In this document: piece by piece, positions 35,069-47,800 of the stretch
Layout: every line of letters starts with the position of its first letter
How positions within the stretch are numbered: the first letter of the stretch is position 1
Source: Lingula anatina
Lineage: Eukaryota; Animalia; Brachiopoda
Assembly (NCBI GenBank): GCA_051362555.1
Contig: CM120645.1
Location: forward strand, 22,072,001-22,136,000
DNA: 64,000 bases
Direction of reading: 5' to 3'
Notes under the pieces: generated by a model
The model's database searches: none
What the model was told of the DNA's origin: nothing
What the model saw: only the letters and a program-made list of their open reading frames with translations
Position numbers and translations under genes: made by a program

Positions 35069-37654
35069 GGCCACACTTTTTTGTTTTTATGGATGACATC
35101 CTCTGGGGACCCCAAAATCGGTGCGAGCGGGCGAAAAAAAAACAGTCCAAAAAAAAAGACCTGCTTAAGAAAAGTTATGTTTTCAGTACACAGCTGGAAA
35201 CACTAATTTACCACAGAAACACGTATCAAACTAACAACATGTCTTTATCCATGTTCTCAAAATACAGACTTGACATTTAATATGGAATATTTCAGTTTCG
35301 AAGGTATGCCTAGGTAAAAATGCGTTCTTTTTTTCAAAAAAACTCCGATCTCATATAAGATTTGTGAATGGAGAAGTGTGTAGTCAGGTGTGTCGCTGCC
35401 AATTAACTGACTTTCCTGTCTGTTGCGCTGCTACATTATGTAATATGCAGTTGGGTAGTGTTCCTTTGGGCTGGGCAAAGCTTGGTTCTGTCAAAAAAGT
35501 ATCCATATGTCGGCAACTATTGCACAGAAAAATTTGAAATTTTGCATGCAATGCAAGCGGTCAGTTTTGCAGTGCGTAAGATGAGTCAAGTAGTGCATTA
35601 AAATTATTTTAATCTATGGCAGAATGGCGCGGAAAAGACAGACATTACCAGACAGATCATAGCGCCAAACGGAACGGTCCCCACAGTTTTATAGAGTAAT
35701 GCCCAGACTGATGTACCTACACAAAGGTCATCCCCAATGTATCAAAATCTTACATACAGGGTACAGGACCCACTGTCTTTCGGGACACGCTGCTGCAACT
35801 AAACAAAAAACACTTAGTCCGTTCAGAACGAGGGGTAAATTGCCACCAAAATGCGTTTTTCAAAGCCCTTAGCGAACACCAAACTGGTTTTAGCAGGTAA
35901 GAACACCAAACGTCCTCCGAGGCACCCACTGTAAACAAAACACCGTCATCTGTTTCTCTAATGAATTGGGGGCCATAACCGTTTCTGGGTAGAACACTGA
36001 AACAGCGTGTCTTTTTTTATTGAGGTCAGATTTCACCTGCATCGCCCAATTAGTCAAAACAGAGTTTACAGATATCCAGAAGAGGCCTACGAACAAGCAT
36101 ATGCCGGGTCTAAAGTGGCAAGGGTGATTGACAGTGACAGTATTTGGAGTGGATACCACATTGGTGCCAAAACACCAATGGTAGTCATCGACGAAAACCT
36201 AAACCAGATCAAATTAAAGATTGATCTCGGAACCACTTGACTATCATTTGATAGGGGGCACCTTAGGAACAATTTTAGGTTACACGGTGAGGTTGCCGGT
36301 TCACACAGAGCACTTTTTATAGCAGATAACTTACAGAACCAAGGGAATGAGCAGCTACCCTGGTCATCAAAATCGTCACATTTGAACCACATAGACAATA
36401 GTTCGGTAGGCCATTACCCGCCGAATCAACTGGCTACATGTCCTACAACAAAACTGGACCAAATTGGACAATTTTAGACCGATGCCTGGAATATTATTCC
36501 AGATTGAACTCTAAAAACCTATCCCAAGGAATGCCTTGCCGCTTGAGAGCGCTGGCAACAGCCAGAAGAGACGACCAGACGTACCAGCGACCATTACTGT
36601 GACTAGCACCTGACATGAGGGTCTTTTGTGGAGCGTACAACTCTTTTACAGACGATAATTTGGAAAATATGGAGATCAAAATTATGTCTTTTAATGGAAG
36701 TCGTATGACATATAATAGACAATGTGATTTTGTTTGCTTCTCAGGCGAATTCCATTAATGAATTGATGTCACAATGACATCAAAGAGATAATTGAAAGTT
36801 ATTAAAACACGATTTTAATCCTTATTTTCATTTATCGGTGAGCAAAATAGGAAAAAAAACTGATAAAAAATTACTTGGAAAAAATATTCCATATTAAATG
36901 TCAAGTCTGTATTAAAGCATTGTGAATAGGGCCTACTTTGTAGAAAGGTAAAAAGTCATGAATATATATGCTGCATATTACCAAATCTATTTAAGGTTAT
37001 TTCATGCATTCTGTTGGTATAGCAATCAATAAAACAAATATAATAGCGTGTCTTTATTTGTACTCTTAGAAAATTAAAGCATTGTAAACACTTCACAGAA
37101 TTGTTTAAAAAAATGAAGCAAAGATAGGCCTATGCTTCCTACTACCAAATCTAAAAATTTCGGTCGATGCCATTTTGTCTACTTCGACTCACACGTAGCA
37201 GCTAACTATCGGGTGGCCTGTCCGACCTTCAGTCCACCAAATACCACGACGCTCTTGTCGACCCTTTTTTCGCTACAAAAAAACCTGGTATGTGCTGCTT
37301 TGGACAGAATGCCGCGGCCAGCCTTTCGTATAATTGTAAAAGGGTGATATCTCCATGACAATATCAATGGCAAACCAATCCAAAACGACGGCCCCCTTCT
37401 CTTTATGACTTTAATTGTCGTGTATTTTGAAATTAATGCTAGAGATGAATTTGACGGCAAAGCTGCCATATTTCCACGTGGTGATAATACGCATGCGCAG
37501 AAAGCTCATTTTCCGCACTCGGAACTACTCGGATGTCTCCGCAGTTGACAATGACAGTATGGAGCTTGCGGAACAAGCCGAGGATTGCCGATTGCATTTT
37601 CCGGTAAATTCAATAAAGACGTTTGCGACAACCGACTTCCTTGGGGGGGGGGGG

Positions 37655-37687
<33 letters not shown>

Positions 37688-37749
37688 GAGAACGGACGAA
37701 AATCGGTGTGCGCGCAGGATGTCATCCATAAAATTAAAAAAGTGTGGCC
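35069..37749. mobile_element. PIF/Harbinger-like non-autonomous element (GGCCACACTTTTT TIR, TAA TSD) hosting a nested Tc1
   Basis: TAA|ggccacacttttttgtttttatggatgacatcc ... ggatgtcatccataaaattaaaaaagtgtggcc|TAA. Confidence 0.85.
35265..36909 (+). mobile_element. decayed Tc1/mariner transposon (1.65 kb) with TIRs and TA TSD
   Basis: TA|cagacttgacatttaatatggaatattt ... aaatattccatattaaatgtcaagtctg|TA. Transposase relics FFIEVRFHLHRPISQNRVYRYPEE, SIWSGYHIGAKTPMVVIDENLNQ and HRALFIADNLQNQGNEQLPWSSKSSHLNHIDN resemble Tc1 FSDESRF, VMVWG and WPSxSPDLNPIEN. Confidence 0.85.
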
Positions 37750-37899
37750 TAAGATGATAGCGTTTGTAAAACTATATATTTTGGCACTGCTGAGTACGGA
37801 AAACATACACTTTATTTTTCGATGTTAAGCACAACGCATTACTTACAGTAATCACGTAGCTGAAGGTGTCCTTAATGTACACATTCCTTCCCTCTACAC

Positions 37900-38450
37900 A
37901 ATAAAAATGAAATTTATTGGAGGATGAATTTAAAGAACTTGATATCCACTTTGTTAAATGTGAGAAATTTGTCAAGCCTAAAAGTAAATTGAGACTGGCC
38001 AGATATAAACTCCAAACTCGTTCACAACGTTCACAACCAGTATCGAAGGGGCAAATCAGAAGAAAGAGGCAAGTACGGTGGCCCTTAAGTGTCACCTACC
38101 CTCAGAAAATCCTTACGACAATTGTGGAAGGAGACATGGCCGTAGCCAGTGAGAGCTTGTCCTGCGTTTGGGTCAACGTGTTTTGCTTGTGACAATTAAA
38201 CTCAACCATTAGATGAAGTGTTGTGGCTCCAAGCAAAACATTCCAATACGCAATGTGGTAACAGGATAAACATTGGCAACCTTGAAGCAAATAGACTTTT
38301 ATTAACCTTAAAATCGGATCTGAACAGATGAACATGATCTTTCTAGCCAAAGGAGATAACGGAACAGATCGGAACTTAATATCAAAATACAACTATCAAG
38401 GGAAGGCCGAATACCAGACCGGAATTTAATGCAAACAAGCTTGACAGCAG
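37900..38450 (+). mobile_element. probable decayed Gypsy-type LTR retrotransposon gag-protease fragment
   Basis: Across frameshifts: DNCGRRHGRSQ / RACPAFGSTCFAC / NH*MKCC, resembling the CxxCGxxH...CPA.G..C..C...NH...C zinc knuckles. It is followed by KGRPNTRPEFNA, weakly like the DTGAxxN protease motif. Boundaries are approximate. Confidence 0.45.
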
Positions 38451-38746
38451 TGAGCCTAATATCACCTCACAGTAGCAATTTGCATTGTATATACATTGTA
38501 GCTCGGAACACACAGAAATAAATGCAGTTGTTGTAATTCCCATCTTTCTTGAGAGTTGTTCTATATGATTCTCCTCACATATGGAAGCGTTCATTTAAAG
38601 AACACAGAAACTGTTACAGGGGACACCATCCCCCTGCAACCGTAATTAATGCATAGTTAAACGCGGGGCAGATACCGGTAGTGTGTAAAATTACGAATGC
38701 TTGGCTTTTTATCACAGATGTAAACAAATAACTGTCTCTGACTTAA

Positions 38747-39765
38747 CCCTCAAGAGACCAAGCTATTTTACTGACTGAAATGACCAAGTGGGGTCATCTA
38801 TGACCCCATTGTGCTCTGTACAGGGATCCTTCTTATAAAAGGCTGTTGAGGGTTTATCACACCTATACTACTCCCAGGATTTAAGACAAGTATTTTATAA
38901 TGATCTAATGTAATAAGTATTTGGTAATAATACTTTTATTGCATGAAATAACCAAGCACAGATTTTAAGAACATTACACCGGTATTTAGACAGTCCTTGT
39001 CAGTTTCCACAATATTTCTCTTTTTATTTGCCACACTAAATGAAAAAAATTACATTACGAAATTACTTTGAATAAAAATATTTTGACTCATGTTGAGATA
39101 GCATCCTGCTAACTTCAATAAGAATAATTAGCTGACTTGCTGAGTAGTAATGCTGGTAAGGAAGTGATACTACTCAGAACACATTCAATCAACTTACATG
39201 TATGTTACTATCACATCTGTGTATGAAACAAAATCCACACAAACAATTTGTTAATATATGTATAATATATGATATCGACAGAATTCTTTAGATTTCCGAA
39301 ATACCCAAAAATTGTAACCGTCAAAATGAGAGACCCAGTTATGAGAACAAGTTCCAACAAAGCTACTGAAATTAGATTCAGCGATGCACTATAAGTGATA
39401 CTTCAAGCACAATCTTCACAAACCACTTATTTGTGCCTATGTTTTGGGCACACTGGCTGGTTGCATGAAGCACATGCATGTGGCATTTTCCTGTCAGTGT
39501 TGCGTGGGTAAAAAATTTGAATAAAATTTAAAAACTAATATTTAAAAAACTAATGTTTCTCTTTGGGGTCATAAATGACCCCACAAGAGTTTTTAATGTA
39601 TACACCACAATAATTGGTTGATCCCTACAAAAAACTGTGGAAGTGTGTAGGATTAGTAGACTGACAAACTCATGCAAGGAAAGAAAATTCGAATAAAAAA
39701 TAAGGAAATGGCACATTAAATCATATGGCTGGGGTCGTAAAAGACCCCACTCGGTCACTTGAGGG
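38747..39765. mobile_element. piggyBac-like non-autonomous element
   Basis: TTAA|ccctcaagagacc ... ggtcacttgaggg|TAAA, with subterminal GGGGTC-N6-GACCCC palindromes at about 38790, 39565 and 39731. Confidence 0.8.
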
Positions 39766-40235
39766 TAAAATACATGTATACATGTGCATATAATGAGTTT
39801 TCACGCTTTTATATCGATTCTTTGTTGTTAATTATCCGCATTTATTTCATGTCATATGTGTAGTACAGGTACATGAACCCAGTGTATGCTATCAAGATTC
39901 TGCCACACCATCATTACTATACATTCAAAATATTTTAAGTGTCCATGTACATCCATAACGGTAGATTTATTAATATCCGACGTCTCACGATCCTTACTCA
40001 AACGATCTAAGGGTAGATAGGTCTAAAGATAGCAATATGATATACAGTGTACATTACATATAATCGTCCGCCCCAGGGGAAGTATGACCAACTTCAGCGT
40101 TCCCAATCGCGGCAACCCCGTCTCCATTTCAAATCTACCTCATTCATACTTCAAACCGTTTCATTGACTTAGAAAAAAATTATTGCAAAATACGTTGCAG
40201 TTGCGAAATGCGTTGTGTTGCAAAATGCGGTTTCA

Positions 40236-40558
40236 CGGGGGTCATCACAGACACGAGAACTATAGCGATGTCCTGAACTGCAGTTCACCGAACAGCTGCT
40301 CCAACTTCCCAGGCTCCCACACATCATTAAGTAAAATATAGGTAAGGTGTAAGGCATTTTGGATGTTTATTCAAAGTTTCTTCTGTAATTTTAAAAAATA
40401 CGTGTACTACTATAGTCCCGCATATTACAACAGACCGCATTTTGTAACCGGTTGCAAAACCGGCTGTACAACCTGCACCAAAGGGATCAAGTCCCCCCCC
40501 ACCCTCTACAGTGACCTTGACAAGCGAAGTGAGAACTGTCATCAAGGGGTCTGTCCAG
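40236..40558. pseudogene. broken orphan TSP1 exon: 5' half inverted (minus, about 40236-40328), 3' half on plus (about 40472-40558)
   Basis: The minus strand reads ...GSWSSCSVNCSSGHRYSSRVCDDP. The plus strand reads PAPKGS...SDLDKRSENCHQGVCP followed by the donor G|gtatgt. A homologous unbroken relic is at 56322-56492. Confidence 0.7.
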
Positions 40559-40810
40559 GTATGTGACTTATTAGTGCTGGGGAGGAATTAACCGAGTTAC
40601 GGTTCTCAGGTCAGTAACCTGCTACTCGATGCGGACACCTTTCAGTGTTTGTTTTTGTTGTTAAACATGAGGTTTACGCTGTGAATGACCAGTTGGTTCT
40701 GCTAGCTGCCATTGATATTTATTTAAGTTAAAACAGTTTTCCCAAATAAAGCTCATATAGCACATGCATTAAATGTAACAATATATGTAAATTATAAGGT
40801 GTACAGCTGT

Positions 40811-40846
<36 letters not shown>

Positions 40847-41115
40847 ATTTGATAACCGATAAAACCACAAAAAAACAACTGTTTTGATTTTTCATTTTAA
40901 GTTGTTTAGACCTGTTTGTTATAAATCAGTGGTAACAACATGTATGTGTTTTAGCATCTTCTACTCTTACTGGTGTAAATATGCTTTGAGAATGGTTTTG
41001 CATGACTTTATTTTGCACATCATACCATCAGGTGCACACCTTTTTTCCCAGGGTCGCCAGAAATGACGCATGTACTACTTCTGTTAATATCTCACGTTAG
41101 ATGTCAACAAAGTAG

Positions 41116-41121
41116 TATAAA
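41116..41121 (+). promoter_or_regulatory. candidate TATA box of gene C
   Basis: TATAAA about 80 bp upstream of the ATG at 41197, a spacing similar to the paralogs. Confidence 0.5.
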
Positions 41122-41196
41122 TACAGAGCGCCATATCAACAGGCAATTGAGACACATTTAATTGGTTTTAAGTTCTGTATACAGAATCGTTTAGGG

Positions 41197-44100
41197 ATGA
41201 AGAGTGCCCCTTTCGTCTTGGTGGCAACACTATTTCTGTCCAGCAATCTTCATTCTATCTCTGCTTCTAAGCACTGTCCGACGGACCGTGGTTACAGATG
41301 GGTCGGCTCGTACTGTTTGCGATTTGTGAAAAATAAAGTGTCGTGGTACAGCGCCAGTGACGTTTGTAAGGACGAGGGTGGACACCTTTTGAGGTTAGAA
41401 AACCTCTCCAAAATGACTCATCTTATCGATTGGATGAACAACAACAACTGTAAGTGCATGGTTCAGGACAAAAATTGCATAAATATCAATTTTGTAATAT
41501 CTTTATCATTGTTTTATTTTCGAATGCGTATATACATTTAATATAGCATTGAGTATATATTTAAATCACTTTCTCTCTCACACACTCACGCTCATAGTCC
41601 TCCGAACTCTGAAAGGCTCTATTTAAAAGTCTTAGGCGGGTAAAATCATCTTGGGAATCACTAATCAAAATACAGTTTAGCTTTTCATTTTAGTATATGA
41701 CTGGTATTGGGTAGATGGCAAAGACAACCATGATTATAACTTTCGGTGGTCTTCTAATGGCGGGCTAGTCGGATCAAATTTGTGGGCCGCCCTCGAACCA
41801 AACCATGCATTTGGCAGTGGCCAGTTCTGTGCACACTTCTATACCTGGGTCAAACAAGGTCTTGCGGATAGTGGATGTACCTATTATAAGTTACCCTATA
41901 TTTGTGAAAATGAATCCGGTATGAGAAATATTATTACGATTCATATGTCCATATGCCAGTTCAAAAAGAAAAAAAATCTATTGTGGCCAATTAATAGAAA
42001 TATGTGAGAAAATAACTTATTACATGAACTGTACATGTACTATTTGGTTTTACAACTTTCTTAAATACGAAGATATGTTAAAGTTATGCTTTCATCACTC
42101 TGAAAATTCATTGCAGTCAATGCACAAGGAGTTTGATTACACTCAATTCTGATATGAGCGATGTTGTCTTCCATCAATTTAAGTGGTTTCGCTTACATGA
42201 TGTATACTGTTAGGAGGCACTACTAGGACCGTTTAACGTGCGGGGCAGCCAATCCGGCCTATAGTGGGCCCGATTGGCTGCCACCGTGGTTTAATCGTAT
42301 ACCAACATTTTTTATCAATTGAAGCCGTCGCAGGTTCTATCTTAAGTTTGTTATATAATCCATAACAACTTAGATAGATTGTCGTGGGTTGATGCAGAGA
42401 GCGAAACACACGCACAATGCAAAAAGAAAAAGAGGTTTCTGTTGATATTCAATCTTTTTATTTCGTGTCAACGGAAATAAATTGCAAACACTTCGATGAT
42501 CCTGCAACATATTATTTTTAAAATGAATTTTAGAGAACGGAGCTTGGGGATACTGGGGATCGTGGAGCTCCTGTTCTCGTTCATGTGAGAGCGGACGTCA
42601 ATCTCGATATCGTTCCTGTAATAACCCAAAACCAAAGGGTCTGGGGTCGTGTCCCGGTTCATCTTATGAAACACAAGCCTGCAATACACAGCATTGTCCA
42701 GGCAAGTAGAACCAAACGTGGTATTTGGGTCAATATACCCTGTATACATATATTAAAAAACCGAAACATTCCAAGTCAACAAATTTTAGTCAATGTAAGA
42801 GATTCAATTGACATGCTCTAAAAAAATCCTTCCATTTGCGGGAATGCCAATTTAGGCTGGATATTTTAATATCTTTCGTCATAAATTGATTCATAGTTCC
42901 AATTATCAAATAAGACAAACACTTGTATACATTGAAATCTGCTGTCCAATTAATAAGTCAGTTGGTGTTTCTGTTATGCAATTACGTGCAGTACACGGAG
43001 ATTGGTCGAGCTGGGAAAGTTGGGGTTCTTGTAGCAGGACTTGCGGCGGAGGAGCTAGGTTGCGTTATCGCCAATGTGCCAACCCGAAGCCTCAGCACGG
43101 CGGGAGAGATTGCTCTACATCGATAACATCAAACAGCCAATCAGAACAGTGCAACGTTAAACCGTGCCCCAGTAAGATAAATGCATTTTTCTCAGATAAT
43201 AACTATACACACGTATTTAGATACAGTCAAAAGTATAGTTTATATATCAAAAACAAAATCCTAACAATACATTTATTGACTGTTTTTTAAAAGAAGGTCT
43301 TAATCGATGTTATCACTAGCATCTAAAGAATCATCATTTCATTTTAGTTGACGGAGCCTGGGGAAATTGGAAACATGTTTAAATATCAAAAATGCTAATT
43401 ATGCATTTTAGAGTTAATTTTAATAGCATGGTCTTAATCGAGAGCATCACTAGCATCTGGTGATAAATTATTTCATTTCAGTTGACGGAGCCTGGGCCGA
43501 CTGGGCCGTTTGGACTCCATGCACAAAGACGTGTGGAGGTGGTACTATGATAAGAAGTCGTACATGTACCAACCCTAAGCCTCAACACGGAGGAAAAGAC
43601 TGCATCAGGGGCAATGCCACGCAAGTTACACAATGCAATTTAAGCGATTGTCCAAGTAAGCCGTCCAAAGTAATTAAACAGCATGACTTTTAACCCTTCA
43701 TGTGCACATTCGTCCGTTAATGTTATCATTTCGAACTGCAAAATGAAAATGAGATTAAACATTTATAAATTAGAAGACATCACTGGACGACTGAGGTGGT
43801 CATTATCATTAAAAACATTATTATCGCAAAAATGATTATCGCAACAAATGATTTCACTCATCTTCCTCCAGCGTGTCAACTTCATGACGTCCCTGGGACC
43901 AATAGATCCGTGCTTGGCCCACGACTGAAGGAGAACGAGTCAGTGCGATACTACTGCTTGCCGGAATATAAGCTTGTTGGAGGCAGCGAAATTCGTACAT
44001 GTCAGGCGAATGGGTCTTTGTCTAACGAAGAACCTAAATGTACCAGTAAGTTTTAGTTCTGTTAATTAACTTGCTTCATCCTAGTACTTTCCCATTTGTT

Positions 44101-44746
44101 ACTCTGGGTTTGTGATAGACAAGAGTGGTGTTACATATTGTTTCATTTTGTAGCAACTGGAATTGGAAAAAAGTCTAAGACGTAACATAACCGTCTTCGG
44201 CTTTTGAAAGATATAATAAAAAACATGGGTATGTCTCAATAGTTTAAATAAAATGATACGCATTGGGATGGTCACCGTAAATGACAGAGAGGAATTGAAG
44301 AAAACATAGCGGTAGAATGAACGGAAGAATGATTCCAGATTGTTGCTATACTGTTTTGACAGATACAAATTCACCCAATAGTCAGAGTTACTTATTCAAA
44401 ATAATGTTGTGTTTTCAAATGTTGTGGAGACGCGCGATATATCCCAAATGGATGAAACTAATGTCGGGTATGTGATAACAAAGCATGTTTTTCAATATTT
44501 CTAGAATGCTGTGGAATGGCACGTTTCATCGTAAACGGCTATCCTGACACGTTTGCCTCCTTGTGCTATGGTGATCACGTCAGCTATCTGTGCGACAGAG
44601 GATACAAGTCCTCAAACAACACACCTATCGTCTGCTCGTCACCCTACGAATGGAAGTACATACCCCTGCCTAAATGTGAACGTAAGATACGTCTATTTCC
44701 CAGGTTAAAATAAGTCCCTCACGAGCTGCGGCAGCTTTTTCGTTCT

Positions 44747-44830
<84 letters not shown>

Positions 44831-47800
44831 TCTCTTTTGGTCTGCTTTTGTTATTTATTTACTATACTCTCTTTTGGTCTGCTTTTGTTATTTATTTACT
44901 TATCTTTAGGATTCCTCATGATGCTAACTTTCTTCAGTGAAATCGAATGGATATTCAAACAATGTCAGAAACCAGACGCTTTTGGTTTTATACAATCATA
45001 CATACCTACGCATATATTCTAATGTATTTATGTCATCATCGTTAACAGCCACTGGTAACTGCAAAAGCAATGACCTCCAGGCCCCACAGGGTGGCCATAA
45101 AGCTTGCACCGACCTTGACCAAGGGAAGTTCTGCTACATGAGGTGTGCCGATGGTCAGAAGTACATCGGCGGGTCTGATGTGTTTGAATGTAACGCCAAA
45201 ACTGGGTGGGCGTGGCAAGTAAGGGTACTTGGAGGAGCTGATTACATGCCTAGCGCTGTAGGCAGGTGTCAAGGTGAGCAGCCATTTTTAATTTGCTGCA
45301 CTTATTGCAGTCTTTTAAAAATGTTCATACCTTCAAAATGTGTATATTGGTTTATATATACTATATAATGTTATATACATTATATATATTATATAATGTT
45401 TAATAAATTACAGTACCAGAAGGCGATTCTGGACTCCTCCTATGGCTTGAGGGTCTAGAAACTGAGACGACATCGACGGAAACGGAAGAGAGTTTGAGGG
45501 AATTGATTATGAAAGAAATGAGACAAAAATTCGCCGCAGCTAATATCTGCACCGGGATTTGCACGGTTAGTTAGAAAATAGTTACATCTCCAACAAAATT
45601 GAAAATAAATTCGCAATTAACGATTATCTTACAATGATTATTTTTATTTATAAATGGGTGTAGTAGTCTTCCTGTAGGCTAACATATACGCCCAACTCAA
45701 CGTGGTCAGGTTTGACGCTAGAGTGCAGCACATATGAAATGCAAGTAGTATAAATGTATTTCTCTATATGACAATCATGTATTAAATACCTATTTAATTA
45801 GATTACCGAAATCACGATTGAGGAATCAACGCGCTTGGTTCGCAGAGATGTAGTTCCCCAGGCACGGCTGTTCAATATTAAGGTAGCGTTGTATGCCGCT
45901 CCTCCGAAAGGATCTGTCACCAGTCAGCAGACAGCAAGAATAGAAATATCCAAGGCTCTTAAATCCTTAAAGTATGTAACATAAAGGGCCATTCTTACCT
46001 CATATTTCATGCATTAAGAAATACCTCACCTTTTTTCTCCTACACGTAAATACATACACTGTCTGCTCATGAAAGATTTACAATAACAGTGATAAGATAC
46101 GGTAAAGGCCAATTCTTTCTCCTGTATGCCCCATGTATTGGTACATTTGTCACGAAATAATGTTTTGTAGCATTCAGGCCGCTGCTTTGAAGCAAGCTAT
46201 CGTATCTGGGTCGATTGTACTGCAAATAGGTGGAACACCTGCCAGGTTGAAAGGCAGCAACATCCGGGTATCCAAGCCATCTCTGACTTGTCTCTCAGGT
46301 TCCATAAGGAAAGGTTTCGATTGTTGTACGTATAACCGATATTTTGACTTTCTTCGTCATTTTTCAAACAAAATATTACAGGAACTACATTTATTTCTAA
46401 TAGTCATTTATTTATTTAATTTATAGCTTGTTTAGAGTCATCAGCATTATGTCGTTCTGCAGAACTGTTTTAAAAGTTCCAAACTATCATGTCGGTTTCT
46501 TTCAGTCACTTGTCCAGTGGGGACGTATCATAACAAGGATGAAAAGCAGTGTTCGTCATGTCCATTTGGTCAGTATCAGGACCAACCCGGTCAGATGTCC
46601 TGCAAAATGTGTCCGAATGGAACCACAACAGACAGATTAGGAATCAGCAACGTCATGCACTGCAGAGGTGATTTTGATTTTAATTTGAAAATCAACACTA
46701 CCGGTATCTAAGCCGAGTGACAAGACTTGCAGTTAAGTTACTGACATAAGTTTGCCCAACTAGACTAAACGTACATGTCATAGCCTTTGGGTATTTTGGG
46801 TCATTAGACATAACTTGCATAACTTTGTTGTAATATAATGTGGTTCTGAAAATATGTTTTGTAAGCTCATTATCTGACGGATCTCTCACAGAGTACGAAG
46901 GATGTAACTGTGGAATACACCCGTGCAAACTAAATGGATCCAAGTTTGAATGCAGTTGTCTTCCTGGTTATGAAAACATCAATGGGACGTGCACAGGTAA
47001 TGATAAATATCAACTTGTACATCATTTCATGAGATATTTTGAAAGACATATTATATATATTTATGTTTCATCGTAGAATTTTATGCGGCAATGTGAAACA
47101 AAAGGTTTAAAATCAAGGCGTATGTAAATGTACGCTTTAACGTAAACTAGTTTAATTCGATCGAATAGTTTTATTTTGAAAGCGACCTCGTCTTGATCAG
47201 GAGCGTTTTTTTATTATTCTTTAGATATCGACGAATGCAACGGTGCCATACATGTATGTCCATCAAATTCAAGGTGTATCAATAAGGAGGGGTCTTATAG
47301 GTGTGAATGTATCCCTGGTTACGATGGAAACTACTGTACAGGTATGCTTTTTTCATTTATTAATTTAGCATGTATGTTGATTGTGTAGAATTAAGGTTAA
47401 GTTGTTTGAAATGAAAAACAACAGCATTTTCAAATATGCTGTTGCTTTCAAACCTTTGATCATCATGAACTCATAGTGGCATGACATTGGCGCGTTCTTT
47501 TCAGTTAACTTCCTGACGTACTCTAGAGATTCACACTTCCAATGCTACGGTTTAATTTTACTTAATTTTATTTGTTTATTTTATTGACAGATATCGATGA
47601 GTGTAAGTACCCTGGCAGCTGCCCCGGCTCCGGAATGCAGTGCATTAACACCGTGGGGAGTTACACGTGCACGTGCCGTGCTGGTTACTATGGGGACAAT
47701 TGCGGTAAGTCTGCCTTTGGCACATCGTTGATTTGGTCTATGATACCACTGCATCTTTAGCGAAGACAAGATATAACTGCATCTTAATCTACTTTACTCG

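Noticed and set aside
37917-38192. Basic ORF with IRRKR as a possible neuropeptide or prohormone exon
   Set aside because: No signal peptide or splice context; other frames give gag-like zinc-knuckle relics.
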